A stretch of DNA of 64,000 nt from Epithemia pelagica (lineage: Eukaryota > Protista > Bacillariophyta), in assembly GCA_946965045.2 (NCBI GenBank), contig OX337242.1, positions 1,488,001-1,552,000 on the forward strand, written 5' to 3'. Below the pieces are notes generated by a model, which did no database searches, had not been told where the DNA came from, and saw only the letters and a program-made list of their open reading frames with translations. The position numbers were made by a program, and so were the translations under genes. Within the stretch, counting starts at the first letter, position 1; each line of letters starts with the position of its first letter. This document shows, one piece after another, positions 28,801-39,226 of the stretch.

Positions 28801-31536
28801 CTTTGCCTTGAGTATGTCTGTGACTTATTGAACCATACGTCATCACCCACCCATTCCGGTCGCACTCCTCTTGAGGCTCTCTCCGGACGCCCACCCGACA
28901 TTACTCATCTCTTGTTCTTTCCTTTCTGGGATGAAGTTTACTACCGTGTCGACCCCGCTGAACCCAATTCTGGTTCATATCCATCTTCTTCTGATGAGAA
29001 ACTTGGCCCCTGGGTTGGTTTTGCTCACAACGTTGGTGATTCTTTTACTTGGAAGATTCTCACCCAGGATAACCAGATCATCTACCGTTCTGCCGTTCGC
29101 CGTGTTGCATCCACTACACCTAACCTACGTGTGGATCGACCTTCAGGGGAGGATTCGTCTGAGAAGGATGACAATGATAAGCAAGCTGATACTGTCTTCA
29201 TTCGCAGTGATAGTGAAGATCCATCCAAACCAATGCCCACGATCGATTTTGACGACATGATAGGACGCACATTCCTATGCGACACAGAAGAAAATGGGGA
29301 GCGACACCGTGCACGTGTCATCAAACGAGTCATTGATCTTAATGAAGAAGCAACGAAACAGGAAGAACGTGTCAAGTACATCTACCGAAAGACAAATTCT
29401 GATGTTGATGAGATGATATCCTATAATCAACTCATGGAGTATATCGAACGAGATAACCAAGCTCAAACCTCTGGAGATTATCTTTTCAGGTTCAGGGATG
29501 TCATTGCCCATCAAGGCCCACTGAACACAACTGATCCAGATTACAAGGGGAGCAAATATAATTTGCTTGTTGATTGGGAAACTGGGGAGACTACCTATGA
29601 ACCTTTATCACTCATCGCCAATGATGATCCGATCACTGTAGCAATTTATGGAAAGAAACATGGTTTACTCAACGAACCTGGATGGAAGCATTTGAAACGT
29701 TATGTCAAAACAAGCAAACGTCTCATTCGAGCAGCCAAACAGTCAAGGATTAAACAAGTTCACCATTCCGTCAAGTATAAGTTTGGATTTCAAGTACCAC
29801 GCAATTATGAGGAAGCTGTCGCTCTTGATAAACAACATGGCAACACAAAGTGGCAGGATGCAACAGAATTAGAATTGTCACAGATCCAGTCCTACAAGAC
29901 ATTCAAGGATTTTGGGAAAGCCATCTTCATTAAAGGGAAAGTATCCAATGCACCTGAAGGATATCATAAGATACGTGTACATCTTGTCTTTGACGTAAAA
30001 CATGATGGACGACATAAAGCAAGACTTGTCGCAGATGGACATCTCACAAAAGAACCTGTTGAGACAATCTATTCAGGTGTTGTTTCCATTCGCAACCTCC
30101 GCATTGCCTTATTCCTGGGTACTTTGAATGACTTGGAAATATGGGGAGCAGATATTGGAAATGCATATCTGGAAGCCTTGACAGGGGAGAAAATTTTCAT
30201 TGTCGCAGGACCTGAATTCAAGGAATTAGAAGGTCACATCCTGATTATATACAAGGCACTTTATGGATTGAAGTCATCAGGCGCACGCTGGCATGATGTC
30301 TTATTCGATGTTTTGACAGACATGGGATTTTCACCAAGCAAAGCAGATCCGGATATCTGGATGAGGAAAGCACCTGGAGAAGACTGTTACGAATACATTG
30401 CCGTATACGTTGATGACTTAGCCATTATTTCTACTGATCCTGGGAATATCTGCAAGATCCTGAAGGAGAAATACAACTTCAAACTCAAAGGAGATGGACC
30501 TATTGATTTCCACTTGGGATGTTGTTACACCAAGGATTCTGATGGAACATTAGTAGCAGATCCAAGACGCTACATTGGTAAGATGATGGACACTTTCGAA
30601 CGAATCTTCAAGGAGAAACCCAAGAAAACCAAAACACCTCTTATTGGTGGAGACCATCCTGAATTGGATGATTCTGAACTCCTTGATGAAGAAGGTACTA
30701 GCCATTTCCAAACTCTGATTGGACAACTCCAATGGGTGATCACTATTGGTCGTTTCGACGTCTTCACCGCTACAATGACGCTATCACGCTTTCGTGCTGC
30801 TCCGAGGAAAGGACATCTTGATAGAGCCAAGCGTATCTATGGATACCTTGCACATCTTCCAGAAGGCGCAATCAGATTTAGGATTGGAGAGCCCGATTAT
30901 TCAAGTCTTCCTACCCAAGAATTTGATTGGACTCGCACTGTCTATCCGAATGCAAGTGAACGTATTCCTGAAGACTGCCCAACACCTCTTGGCCGCTATG
31001 TTACCACAACTCATTATGTTGATGCCAATCTCATGCATGACATAGTCACTGGTAAATCCGTCACTGCTGTTCTACATTTGTTGAACGGAACACCTATTGA
31101 CTGGTACAGCAAGAGACAGAGCACGGTGGAAACTGCTACCTATGGATCCGAGTTTGTGGCTGCAAGGACAGCAATAGATCAGATTACAGAATTACGACAT
31201 TCTCTCCGCTACCTTGGAGTACCTATCCGAGAGCGAAGTTACATGTACGGAGATAACAGATCTGTTGTGCTCAATGCAACCGTCCCTCATTCCATACTAT
31301 CCAAGAGACACCATCTTCTGTCATACCACCGAGTTCGTGAAGCCATCGCAGCAAAGTATGTTGCATTCTACTGGAAAGATGGAAAGACCAACCCTGCCGA
31401 TATCCTTAGCAAACATTGGGATTTCGTATCTATTTGGCCCATGCTCAAGCCATTGTTGTTTTGGAAAGGAGAAGTTCAAGACCTCAACAAATCCAATGAT
31501 GACAAGGCTGAAACGACGAGTTGTGGGGAGTGTTAG
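25849..31536 (+). CDS. Copia gag-pol polyprotein (gag, protease, integrase, RT, RNase H), 1895 aa
   Basis: Protease LIDRGANGG; integrase VATDSVF..LISDGG..NKAENRY; RT KARLVADGH..YVDD; RNase H YVDAN..GSEF..GDN..NPADILSK. The stop TAG falls at nt 4-6 of the 3' LTR. Confidence 0.97.
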   Translation: MDPQSPKTPTTPKGEDNQDNVSDTDLFDHIIFTVCQFFTKERADYLMKWMKYHGFENITHVISYMQTNTEESMKELTQYKVNKQTHDLQGPTRQQIKLLAYWAIYKTNEIQDELSNSDWMNLTRKEFNTWRINTDFSKGPPSQVPVSPMKSPSSVKSVSTVTAASQSQQDLTAFRKGTKRDATAYEVFKDERYYDSFWRVFKTTAKAQGLSNVLNFKYTPPHDDEYAKELFQEQQVFLDSVLVRIIQTDQGRAYVREHEHDEDARAVLQKLHSLHTESDLAKREVLRLTNYISNLRLDDTWRGTTRHFLLHFQEQLRLLDNLVTLSDRIPDHTRMTFLMQAVEKVPDLRRVKILDNVVNTKSGAKSLCYQSYFRLLLDAAYDHDQATQSSVHSRRRHVKQHESLYGQDTDADITSQDDMEYHVHNTTATSESPSSLSKVSLPRDLWFKLSEEDRKLIIEYNKMIQAPSSTTPRKVQTHALDIDPEPDPDPNQVASDDDSPGVVPEHPDDSDPVTQFINQAMTTDINHPATDLTSVLSNAKSKTSKKVTFKTNMHKQAGHVPRYLFSRKSTLPGNQLIDRGANGGLAGSDMRILSKTGRHITIVGIDNHELTGLPVVTCAAKFETNDGPIVGIFNEYAYYGKGLSIHAPGQFEHFGLAVDERSVKVDGKQRITTLDGRAIPLHIKDGLAYIHSLGIPSDDDMDTLPQIIFTSPDTWDPGVLDHSYSPTPSDNDPDWKHVKTDGSMSNHPYDNYGEYTDRVVCNLNLLLDLPYDHGPDDAPFFSIYADAEGNDPTLHASVHRRYQEAYDWKKFRPFFGWQSEDVIADTFKHTTRNGSITFDHDTLKKHFKARNPVLNIPRRHEPVATDSVFSDTPAVDHGGKVAQIFVGRDTLVTDIYGIKSTKQFVNTLQDNIRFRGAMETLISDGGSSLISQKVKDILRTLLIGEYRSEPYHQHQNKAENRYQTVKRMTNALMNATGCPANTWLLCLEYVCDLLNHTSSPTHSGRTPLEALSGRPPDITHLLFFPFWDEVYYRVDPAEPNSGSYPSSSDEKLGPWVGFAHNVGDSFTWKILTQDNQIIYRSAVRRVASTTPNLRVDRPSGEDSSEKDDNDKQADTVFIRSDSEDPSKPMPTIDFDDMIGRTFLCDTEENGERHRARVIKRVIDLNEEATKQEERVKYIYRKTNSDVDEMISYNQLMEYIERDNQAQTSGDYLFRFRDVIAHQGPLNTTDPDYKGSKYNLLVDWETGETTYEPLSLIANDDPITVAIYGKKHGLLNEPGWKHLKRYVKTSKRLIRAAKQSRIKQVHHSVKYKFGFQVPRNYEEAVALDKQHGNTKWQDATELELSQIQSYKTFKDFGKAIFIKGKVSNAPEGYHKIRVHLVFDVKHDGRHKARLVADGHLTKEPVETIYSGVVSIRNLRIALFLGTLNDLEIWGADIGNAYLEALTGEKIFIVAGPEFKELEGHILIIYKALYGLKSSGARWHDVLFDVLTDMGFSPSKADPDIWMRKAPGEDCYEYIAVYVDDLAIISTDPGNICKILKEKYNFKLKGDGPIDFHLGCCYTKDSDGTLVADPRRYIGKMMDTFERIFKEKPKKTKTPLIGGDHPELDDSELLDEEGTSHFQTLIGQLQWVITIGRFDVFTATMTLSRFRAAPRKGHLDRAKRIYGYLAHLPEGAIRFRIGEPDYSSLPTQEFDWTRTVYPNASERIPEDCPTPLGRYVTTTHYVDANLMHDIVTGKSVTAVLHLLNGTPIDWYSKRQSTVETATYGSEFVAARTAIDQITELRHSLRYLGVPIRERSYMYGDNRSVVLNATVPHSILSKRHHLLSYHRVREAIAAKYVAFYWKDGKTNPADILSKHWDFVSIWPMLKPLLFWKGEVQDLNKSNDDKAETTSCGEC
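31518..31530 (+). promoter_or_regulatory. Polypurine tract
   Basis: GAGTTGTGGGGAG immediately before the 3' LTR. Confidence 0.8.
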
Positions 31537-32313
31537 AATTCTCACCGTCTATGGTGGTTAGATTCTACATCTCATCGATTCCTCATGTCACATAGCCTCG
31601 TGCTATCGCATCATGCCATCTAGCTTCGAGCTATGTTCCCTAGCTTCGCGCTATATCGACCTATATTTCTTCGCAAATCATGAAAAGTGAGAATAGATTG
31701 ACGAACTCACTCTCAAGACTAAACTGGGTCGTGCGGTATTACAACGGACGTAAATTTGGTCGTTGCTCGGACATTATACTAACGCCCTAAGCGTACGCGC
31801 CCGAAATCATCGAGCGCGCCCAAGCGACATCCGAGCGCTGTCGGCATCTATCCGACCCAACGGTCTAAGTATCCCAAGCACGACACACGATCACGCGAGA
31901 CCATATTTCCATTCCCACAATCTCCAAATTGTCAACAAGCTGCGCGCCATGAAAACAACTATGCCAACCCAAAGCAAGAGCTGTTGACCCTGTATATGTT
32001 ATCCACCCACATATACATGTCATATACATCACATGAATCGACTCCAACTATTCCAAACCTGTTGCCGCCAAGAACCTATGACACATGACCCTTGGCAGGA
32101 CCGAACATTTCACGTAGACCTATCGTAGTAATCAACACACAATCTAACAATATCACCATTTATCACATCCTCTTTTGTGTCCCGACTATCCTTCTGATAG
32201 ACTTCGACTTGCTTGCTTCTCTGACCCTGAGAAGCTTGTATCGGTTGGTGACCTCCTTGATTGTCTGCTCTACCGAGCATCAATGTCCCTACGATTCAGA
32301 AAGAATTGTAACA
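31531..32313 (+). repeat. 3' LTR (783 bp)
   Basis: Copy of 23930..24712; I see only two nearby substitutions (CCTACCTG versus CCTCCTTG). Confidence 0.97.
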
Positions 32314-34816
32314 GTATGTTTGTTGATGGACAGTCGGGATGGGGCTGTCGTTGGAATGTGCCATGGCTATGGCCCGTGCTGTTTGGGTCAAAAATCTTGG
32401 ATATGCCGCGGCCGCGGCATTCTGGTAGCCGGTGCCGCCCAGGCGTTGGGGCAGGGAAGCAATCAGGGTCGACGGGACAGTTACCATGTCGATTGGGGTG
32501 GATGTTAGTCTTGCAAGGAATGTAGCAATCAGCCGTTCCATTTTTATTGTCGTTGGGCTGGTCCAGAGTGTGGACGTTGGGCGCCCGGCCGGGTTGGCCA
32601 AGGTGATGTCTGCTGGCAGCAAATGCAGAATGGAGGATACCAGCGAGAAACGGAAGAGAGTGTGTTTTGTTTGGAGGTTGTGCAACTGGTGAAGCTTGTC
32701 CAATTTGTTTTCCAATTTTGCAATTTTTGAGTCGATGTATTGTCTGGCGAAGTCGGAGGATCCAATTGGTTGGCCAAGAAATCGGACTCCGGTTGTGATT
32801 TCGGCCTTTTTTGGGGATGTCGGTGAGAGGAACGTCAGGGCTTCTTGTAGTCCTTGTCTTTGGCTGGGTGAGAGCCTTTCGATGGGAGATTCACCAGTTG
32901 TGGAGGTGAGTATGTTTGTCTTGTTGTGGTTGAGGATGATGCCAAGTGGTGTCCCTAACTCTTGGAATCTCTGCAGAAACCAGGGGAGGTTGGCCTGGGG
33001 GAGACACACGGAGGTGTCGTCCATGATTGACGCCGTGTGTGCCAATCCGCCCATTCCGTCGTCGTATGGAATGTCTTGTTGTTTGCGTGTTGCCGCTCGT
33101 TGTGCCTGTTCTTTGTTTATTTTGTTTGTTAGGGCCAGTAGGACCAGACAAGAGAAAAGCGGGCTGAGTGGGCAGCCCTGTGGGAACCCTTCCTCTTGCC
33201 ACAGGTGTTGTGGCTTTTTGTTTTCATCGAAGTACCATGATTTGCATGGTTTCGAGGTGAGGAGGTCGAAGATTGGGACCAGTGGTTTCGTGGCGTTGTC
33301 GGACAGCAATATACGTCTCGCTTCTGTCCGGGAGACATTGTTAAACATGTTGGTAAGGTCCAACAACAATAAACTTCTTGTTGGTGGTTGGTTGTTGGTG
33401 GCGTCCTTGGTGTCTTTTTGGCGGTTGATGAATTTGCGCACCGCGGCGGCTGTGGTCTGGGCAACGACATCGACGCCGCCGGGGATTTGTATTCCAAACT
33501 GTCCCCCTTTGAGGAGGATGGGGGATATGTCTTCTGTGACGTGGACTAGTGCCGTTTTTGCGGCGACTCTGCGGATTGCTGTCCCGATCCCGATGGGACG
33601 GAGCTTCTCCAGGTTGGACAGGTCCTTGTGAAGGGCCAGGAAGTAGTTGCTTGCCAGCAGGGTTTGTATCGATGGCGGGACTTGAGCCGTTGCCACGAGT
33701 TGGAGGAGCGTTTTGATCTTGCCAAAGTATGGTCTGGTGGAATTGGCTGCTTTGGTTGTGCGGTGTAGAGCCATGGAGACGATTGCGTCTATGCAGTTGG
33801 CAAATGGGCCGGAGGCCGTGCCCGCTTTCATTTGGCGGAGGGCTAGCTCGAAGTTGCTGTCTTCCAGTCTGAGGTATTGGTTGGCCGGTGGAGGCTCTCC
33901 TGTTTGTCCTTGTGCTCGTGTGCTTGGTGGTGGTTGTCGACGGGGGGGGAAACAGTTCGTTTTTGCATCGTTGAATTCTGGGTGGTGTGAGGGTCGCCGT
34001 GGGCGTATTTGTGGTCAGCCTTTGGAAGGCTGCTCTGTAATTTCCAAGGTCTGCCGCTTGTTGTGCTGACCGGAGCCTCCACGTTGGCAGTTTGTTGTCT
34101 GTTTGGTGTTGCTGTTGTCGGCGTTGTTGTTGTTGTTTGGATTTGGTGCTTCGGTGGCGGTGGTGCGTCGGTGGGAGGGGGGTTGGGTTCCATGTTGTTT
34201 GGTGTAGTTCTTCGATCCTTCCTTGTTTGAACATGGACAGCCTTGCCTTGAAGGCGTTGGAGTAAGTAAGGTGGACTGTCCCCTTGATGGGGGCCAGGAG
34301 CATGGGCTCCAGCATCAGGAGGAGTTTCCAGAAAGGACCGGAATCACACTCGTGTTGTGGTGGTCTGTTGTCCCGTATGATGGCGGGCGACATGATGGGT
34401 GACGCGTCGATGATCCAAGAGACGACGTTGTTGTAGACGTTGTAGAATTTGGCTCTTATTGGTTGCTTGAGTTTGTGCCAAGTTGTCCTTCGGAACGGTG
34501 GTGGTGTCAATTCGAGGTTGAACAGGTACGAGAGGCTGGCTTTCCAGTTTGCTTCGTTTTCTGGGGTTGTGTGTCTGTAGATGTTTGCTACTAGTTTGCT
34601 GTTTGTTTCGACTCTATTATGTTTTTTTGTTATGTGCTGTTTCAGGTGGCTTTGGCAGGTGAAGATCGCCGTTGGTGTGTCGCATGTTTGGCAGAGGTGG
34701 AAACCGTGTCGCTGGCAATAGTTGGGTGTCATGTAGGTTGTTGGCGTTGTTTTGCCATGTTCAGTGATGAGATGCTCCTTGATGGATGCATGTGGTCGTT
34801 GGCAGTCGGTTGGCAC
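32314..34816 (-). pseudogene. CRE ORF2 central segment: zinc fingers + reverse transcriptase; 1-nt frameshift at a C8 run near 33942-33949
   Basis: KLRPIGIG, LDLTNMFNNVSR, GFPQGCPLSP, IMDD, LNHNKT, FLGQPIGS in ORF 32296..33831. CQTC..H..KH finger in ORF 33341..34828. One fewer C joins the two frames. Confidence 0.9.
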
Positions 34817-35456
34817 TAGTGCGTTCAAGTTTCATTTCCTAAACTTCATCCCCTAAATTTAGGCACCTAAGTTTTGCCTATCTTTCACGACGCCGAAAGT
34901 GCCCACCAAAGTTTAGGTAGGTCCTCTACAAGAAACTATGGATGCTACCATACTATGTGACGCCGGGTTGAACAGTGAACGCAGCTTGATTGTTGCAATG
35001 GTGAGTCAGTACAGGTGGACACACAGGGCGGATGATCTTCCTCAGCATTGAGCCACTATCGCAACTGTACAACCTTGTGATTGAACCTCTACTGTCGATC
35101 AGTCAACTGGTGGGATCTCAGTTGAGCGTATTGCAAACCCATGAAAAATAATGTGTGGAGTTACCTCCGTAACACATGCATGGGCAAGACAAGGCTGATG
35201 TTTGCTTGAGGCTTGAGAGTTGGCCTTAATCTCAGATACTTGATGAAGGTAAGATATACTTACCACAAACAAACAAATGAACAGGCCCGGAGGAAGATGA
35301 CAAGGATTTGTACGGTGTCATTACGATGTGAACTAAGTCACCATAGATGGCGGAACTGGTAGCCACCTAAACTACCTAAATTTCATTACCTAAGTTTACC
35401 TAAACTTAGGGAAGAAACTACACTCCAATTTCTGTTACCTAAGTTTGAACGCACTA
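34817..35456. mobile_element. Non-autonomous hAT element (MITE), 640 bp
   Basis: 12-bp TIR TAGTGCGTTCAA, 8-bp TSD GTTGGCAC (34809-34816 and 35457-35464), clusters of CCTAA(A/G) subterminal repeats at both ends. Confidence 0.93.
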
Positions 35457-35524
35457 GTTGGCACCTTCCACGGACAGTCGGGGACCGGGCAGTGCCTTGG
35501 TGGTCGTTTTGTTGGATTACTCAT
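35457..35524 (-). pseudogene. CRE ORF2 N-terminus (first half of a C2H2 finger)
   Basis: MSNPTKRPPRHCPVPDCPWKVPT joins in frame to DCQRPHASIKEHLITEH after hAT removal. The ATG is inferred. Confidence 0.75.
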
Positions 35525-38500
35525 GTGGCCCTTTGGCCCATTGTTCATGCGGGTCCACATGGCCGGTGCGCGAGTCGGCGACGCTTGGGCTGCTAGTCTG
35601 AACCAAAGACTGAGCGTAGCGCCAAGCGTCTTGCGCGTCGGTGTCGTTCGCAAACGACTTCGTTTGTTGCAGATATTGACGCATTTCTGCCATGCGTGTC
35701 GGTTTGTTGTGTTGGACGTATTTAAGGATCAGTGCGATCTCGTGTCCTGTTGGTGCGGAATATTGGTGGTCCATTGTTTGTTCCTCCTCCAGTTCTTCTG
35801 GGGGGATGAGGGAGTGCGACTGTTCGTCCAGTTCGTCTGTGTCCATCATGTTGTTGTCGTCTTCCTCGTGTTGTCGTTTGTTGTTGTTGTTGTGGTCGTC
35901 GTCGGCGAGAGGGGCGTACGTGTTGTGTCTGGCCGGTGGTTTCGAATCCAGTTTGCCATCGTGTGGCGGGCTTGAACGGTGGAAGGTGGATGCCACCTTA
36001 GTCCAGTCGGTCCCGTCGTCATAAGGGTCAATGTCGTCGTCGCTGTTCGCGGTGGTTGGTTGATTGGCTTGTCGCTTGGGTGGCGGGGGGGATCCTGGTG
36101 GGCTGTTTCTTGCTCGGGCCGTTGGGCCGGAGGGGTTGTTGTCGTTTGCCGTGTTGGGTTTCTGACGTAGGAGACGGTCGGTGAACGCCAGCAGGCGGTT
36201 GGTGTGGCTTGACGATGTTGGTGTTTCTTGGTTGTTGTTTGGCTGCCTGGGTGGGGTTGCAGCCACTGCCGCAAGAGTTGGGAGCAGGAGGTTCTCCGGG
36301 AATCCTGGGTATTGTCGTATGGAGTTGGTGTTTAAATGGTGAGTGTCCGGCGTTTTGCGGAGCACAAGGGTGAAACACTGTGGGTCCGGGTCGTAGTTGT
36401 TGTATTCGGGGAAAAGGGCGACAAATTCCTCCATTGTCGCAGGTTGGTCCAGTCGCCATCAGTCGCTTCTTGATTTATGGGGCAAAGTTTGATGCGCACA
36501 CTCGCTCCGAAGAATTGGTCAATGTCCTTGATTGCTTCGAGTGTTGTGGTGCGATTTGATTGTGTTGTTGGCATCGGGATGATCTGGACTTTGTTGTTGT
36601 GCCAGAGGATTTCCCCGTCTCGGTTGGCCGCTGCAAAAGCGTTGTAGCTTCGGAGGAGCGCTTCAAAGTTGGCCCTTGAAGAGGATGTGATGTAAATCAC
36701 AGGTACCTGTCCTCGTTGTTTGTTTTTCAGGTCGCCGCTAAAAGTACCGGAGCGACATCCGATGTGGTCGAAAAACTCGGTCCAGTTGAGTTTTTGAGGT
36801 AGGTGTGCCTTCAGCGAGTGCTGGATGGCTCCCGCAAGATTGATTGCGGCGCGACGATGTTTGACAGCTTGGGCTGGGATTCCGACCAGGAGCCCATACG
36901 TGTCACTTGCCCTGTTGTTGTTGGCTGGGGAATAAATATTTATTTGGTTCCAGCGCGGGTTGACGGTGGGATTCGATTGGGGCGTGCCGCTTCGAAGCAC
37001 GCTCTGCTGGCCATGTTCGTCGAAAACGAAGTCTTCGTTGTTGTGGCGGTGCCACATTTGGAGTACGAAACGGAGTCCCTGTTCGTGAAAGACTTCCGTA
37101 TCGAATGCATCGTTTGCTGGGGCAGGGGACAACGTGACGCGAAACGTGGATACGTGGCCGTTGTTGCGTGGACGTTGTTGGTCGCTTTGGTTGGGGCGGG
37201 TCAGGCCCGACTGCTTGGTCTCGATGAAATCGGCTTTGTGGACTTGCAGCCACATTGGTTCCTCTCGCTTGTTGTGATGAAAGAAGACCTGGTTTAGGTG
37301 GTCTTTCAACGATTGCTCCGTCAGACGCGGCAGGGATGATTCCACCTGGGAGTTCAAACTGTGATTCACCATCACATGCAGGTGGATGAGGGTTTTGGGT
37401 TCTTCTGAGAGGGCCCGAGGTTTGGTCGGCGGCGTCTTCTTGTACGGGTTGGAGGGAGGTTCTTCTTCCGTCGTGTTGTTTGTTTCTTCGTCGAGCGTTG
37501 TCGCTGCGGCGGTGGAGTTTTCCTGATGGATGTTGTGGTTGTTGGTGTCGTTTTTTTCTGTGGTTTTGTTGGTTGGTTCGATGTTTTTGTTGGTTTTAGT
37601 GTTGTTGTTGTTGTCGATGGGTTTGGAGTTCTGGGTGAGCTGTTTGGTTGCTGTGGAGTCGTCATGGGAGTGTCGCTCGGGCGTGATGGCCTGGGGGTGG
37701 TTGTCGTGGTTCTGGTAGTGGGCCAGAGGGCGTTCGTGGGCGTTTTGGCTGCTGGTTGCCTTGTTGATGGTGGATTTCGGGACTCCGAAGGTACTGGCGG
37801 TGGTGTGCGTTCCTCCGCGGGTGTTGTTGTTACGGCCTTGGGTCGGCTTGGAGTGGACGTGCATCTTGCTGGGAGGTTGGAGGCTTTGGGCGGAAGGCTT
37901 GGCGGCTGGAGGCTGCAAGGGAGACAGACGAAAACACTGGTTTTTCGATATTGTGAGTGGATGTTTGCCCACTGGTAGTTGGCTGGGGTCATACGGTTTT
38001 GGGGGATGGGGGTCATCTGTTTGGGTAGCGGTTGATCTCGTATTCAGTTTGGTGTTTTCCATTGATGGGCCAAATCGGTCTTTGGGAGGGATTGGCTTGT
38101 TTTCGGTGACGTGAGTGGTGTGTTGTCTCTTGTGGTAGACGGTGACGTGAGAGGTTCGTTGATGACTGTTGAGGTTGGATCTGGGGGATTGGTCATTTGG
38201 TGTTGTGCTTTGTTTGTTGCTATCGTTGTGGGCTGATTTTGGTTTGTCGTGGCGCCGTGTTGGGTGCACTTGGATGGTGTACGGGACTGGATGTCCGTTT
38301 GGGTCGTGGGTGGTGGTTGTGGTTGTGGTCGGTGGGAGTGTTGCACCTTGGCCGTGTGTTGGCCGTTGTTGCCTTGGAGTTTTGCTTTTTCGGAGTCCGG
38401 GGAGAGTTTCCATGGTGTTTTGAGGCGTCACCGTGCGCGCTGCGCTTCCGCCTCGGTGGGGTGGAGGTGCCCGGCCAGATGTCGGGCGTGTCGGTCGTGG

Positions 38501-38611
38501 CTGTACCATGGTGTCCGAGTGTACTGCCGAGGTGGACCATGGCGGGTCCGCGTTTCGTTGGTTCGGGCTTCCGGGCCGAAAAAACCTCAATGTAGGATTA
38601 TCAGTAGACAT
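35517..38611 (-). pseudogene. CRE ORF1, about 1030 aa, frameshifted near 36455; no known domain
   Basis: ORFs 36332..38611 and 35517..36434 overlap in different frames, share the CA-rich composition of ORF2, and end overlapping the ORF2 start. Confidence 0.65.
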
Positions 38612-39226
38612 ACAAGTCCGAAATCCCAGTCAGATCAACCCTCACTGTCTTTTAGAGTGTACAAAAAATACTGAATGGAAAAAGACTGTATGCTGTAAAC
38701 GTTCAAGCCAGTCTCACATTTTGGACTGTGACATCCACACTCGACTAAACAGCTGTGTCACTTTCTGAGAATTGTGGATCCAAAATACCCAAGACTAAGC
38801 TATGGACTCTATTTCTGTCAAAATAGTCTTGAGTAGGTAGATAGTTTTGTAGATGTAGAGTGAGGGGAGGAGTACAATATTAGAATCGTACGATTCACGC
38901 GAGCCCACCGGAATGATTTCGAGTAGAGCCTTCTGAGGCAATACTAAAATCGACACGCACAATACCCACGGCAATAAAAAAATCTTCGGAGGCAATACCA
39001 AATTGGATGCGTAGGATGTCTCAACCAAGACCAAAATCACAATTGCCTTTTTTCACTTCCAAATTTTTGAACACGACTCGGGTACATCTTTTTGAGACTG
39101 TGGAATTTTTGGAGGTAAACTACGGTGCTATATTTTTCCATCTCTCCTTGAGACATAAATCAACACCTCATTTTTTCCTTTTCTTGCTTTCACAAGATCA
39201 CAAGAAGCTAAAAGGGCCATGAAACA

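Larger units (their letters stand above)
23930..32313 (+). mobile_element. Full-length Ty1/Copia LTR retrotransposon (CoDi-like), 8384 bp
   Basis: Two 783-bp TG..CA LTRs, 5-bp TSD GTATG (23925-23929 and 32314-32318), intact gag-pol, PPT. Confidence 0.98.
22580..38650 (-). mobile_element. CRE-like RLE non-LTR retrotransposon (ORF1 + ORF2), interrupted by Copia and hAT insertions; ends approximate
   Basis: Colinear minus-strand segments: ORF1 (38611-35517), then C2H2 zinc fingers, RT, CCHC knuckle and restriction-like endonuclease; uniform CA-rich coding strand. Confidence 0.88.

Noticed and set aside
35256-35266. ATACTTACC resembling the U1 snRNA 5' end inside the hAT MITE
   Set aside because: No downstream U1 stem-loops or Sm site.
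32432-38768. Many plus-strand Val/Gly/Leu-rich ORFs over the CRE-like element
   Set aside because: Antisense shadows of the CA-rich coding strand.
22479-38823. AGTCTTGAG at 22479 and about 38815 as TSD of the CRE-like element
   Set aside because: Short match not tied to a recognisable 3' tail; cannot be distinguished from chance.
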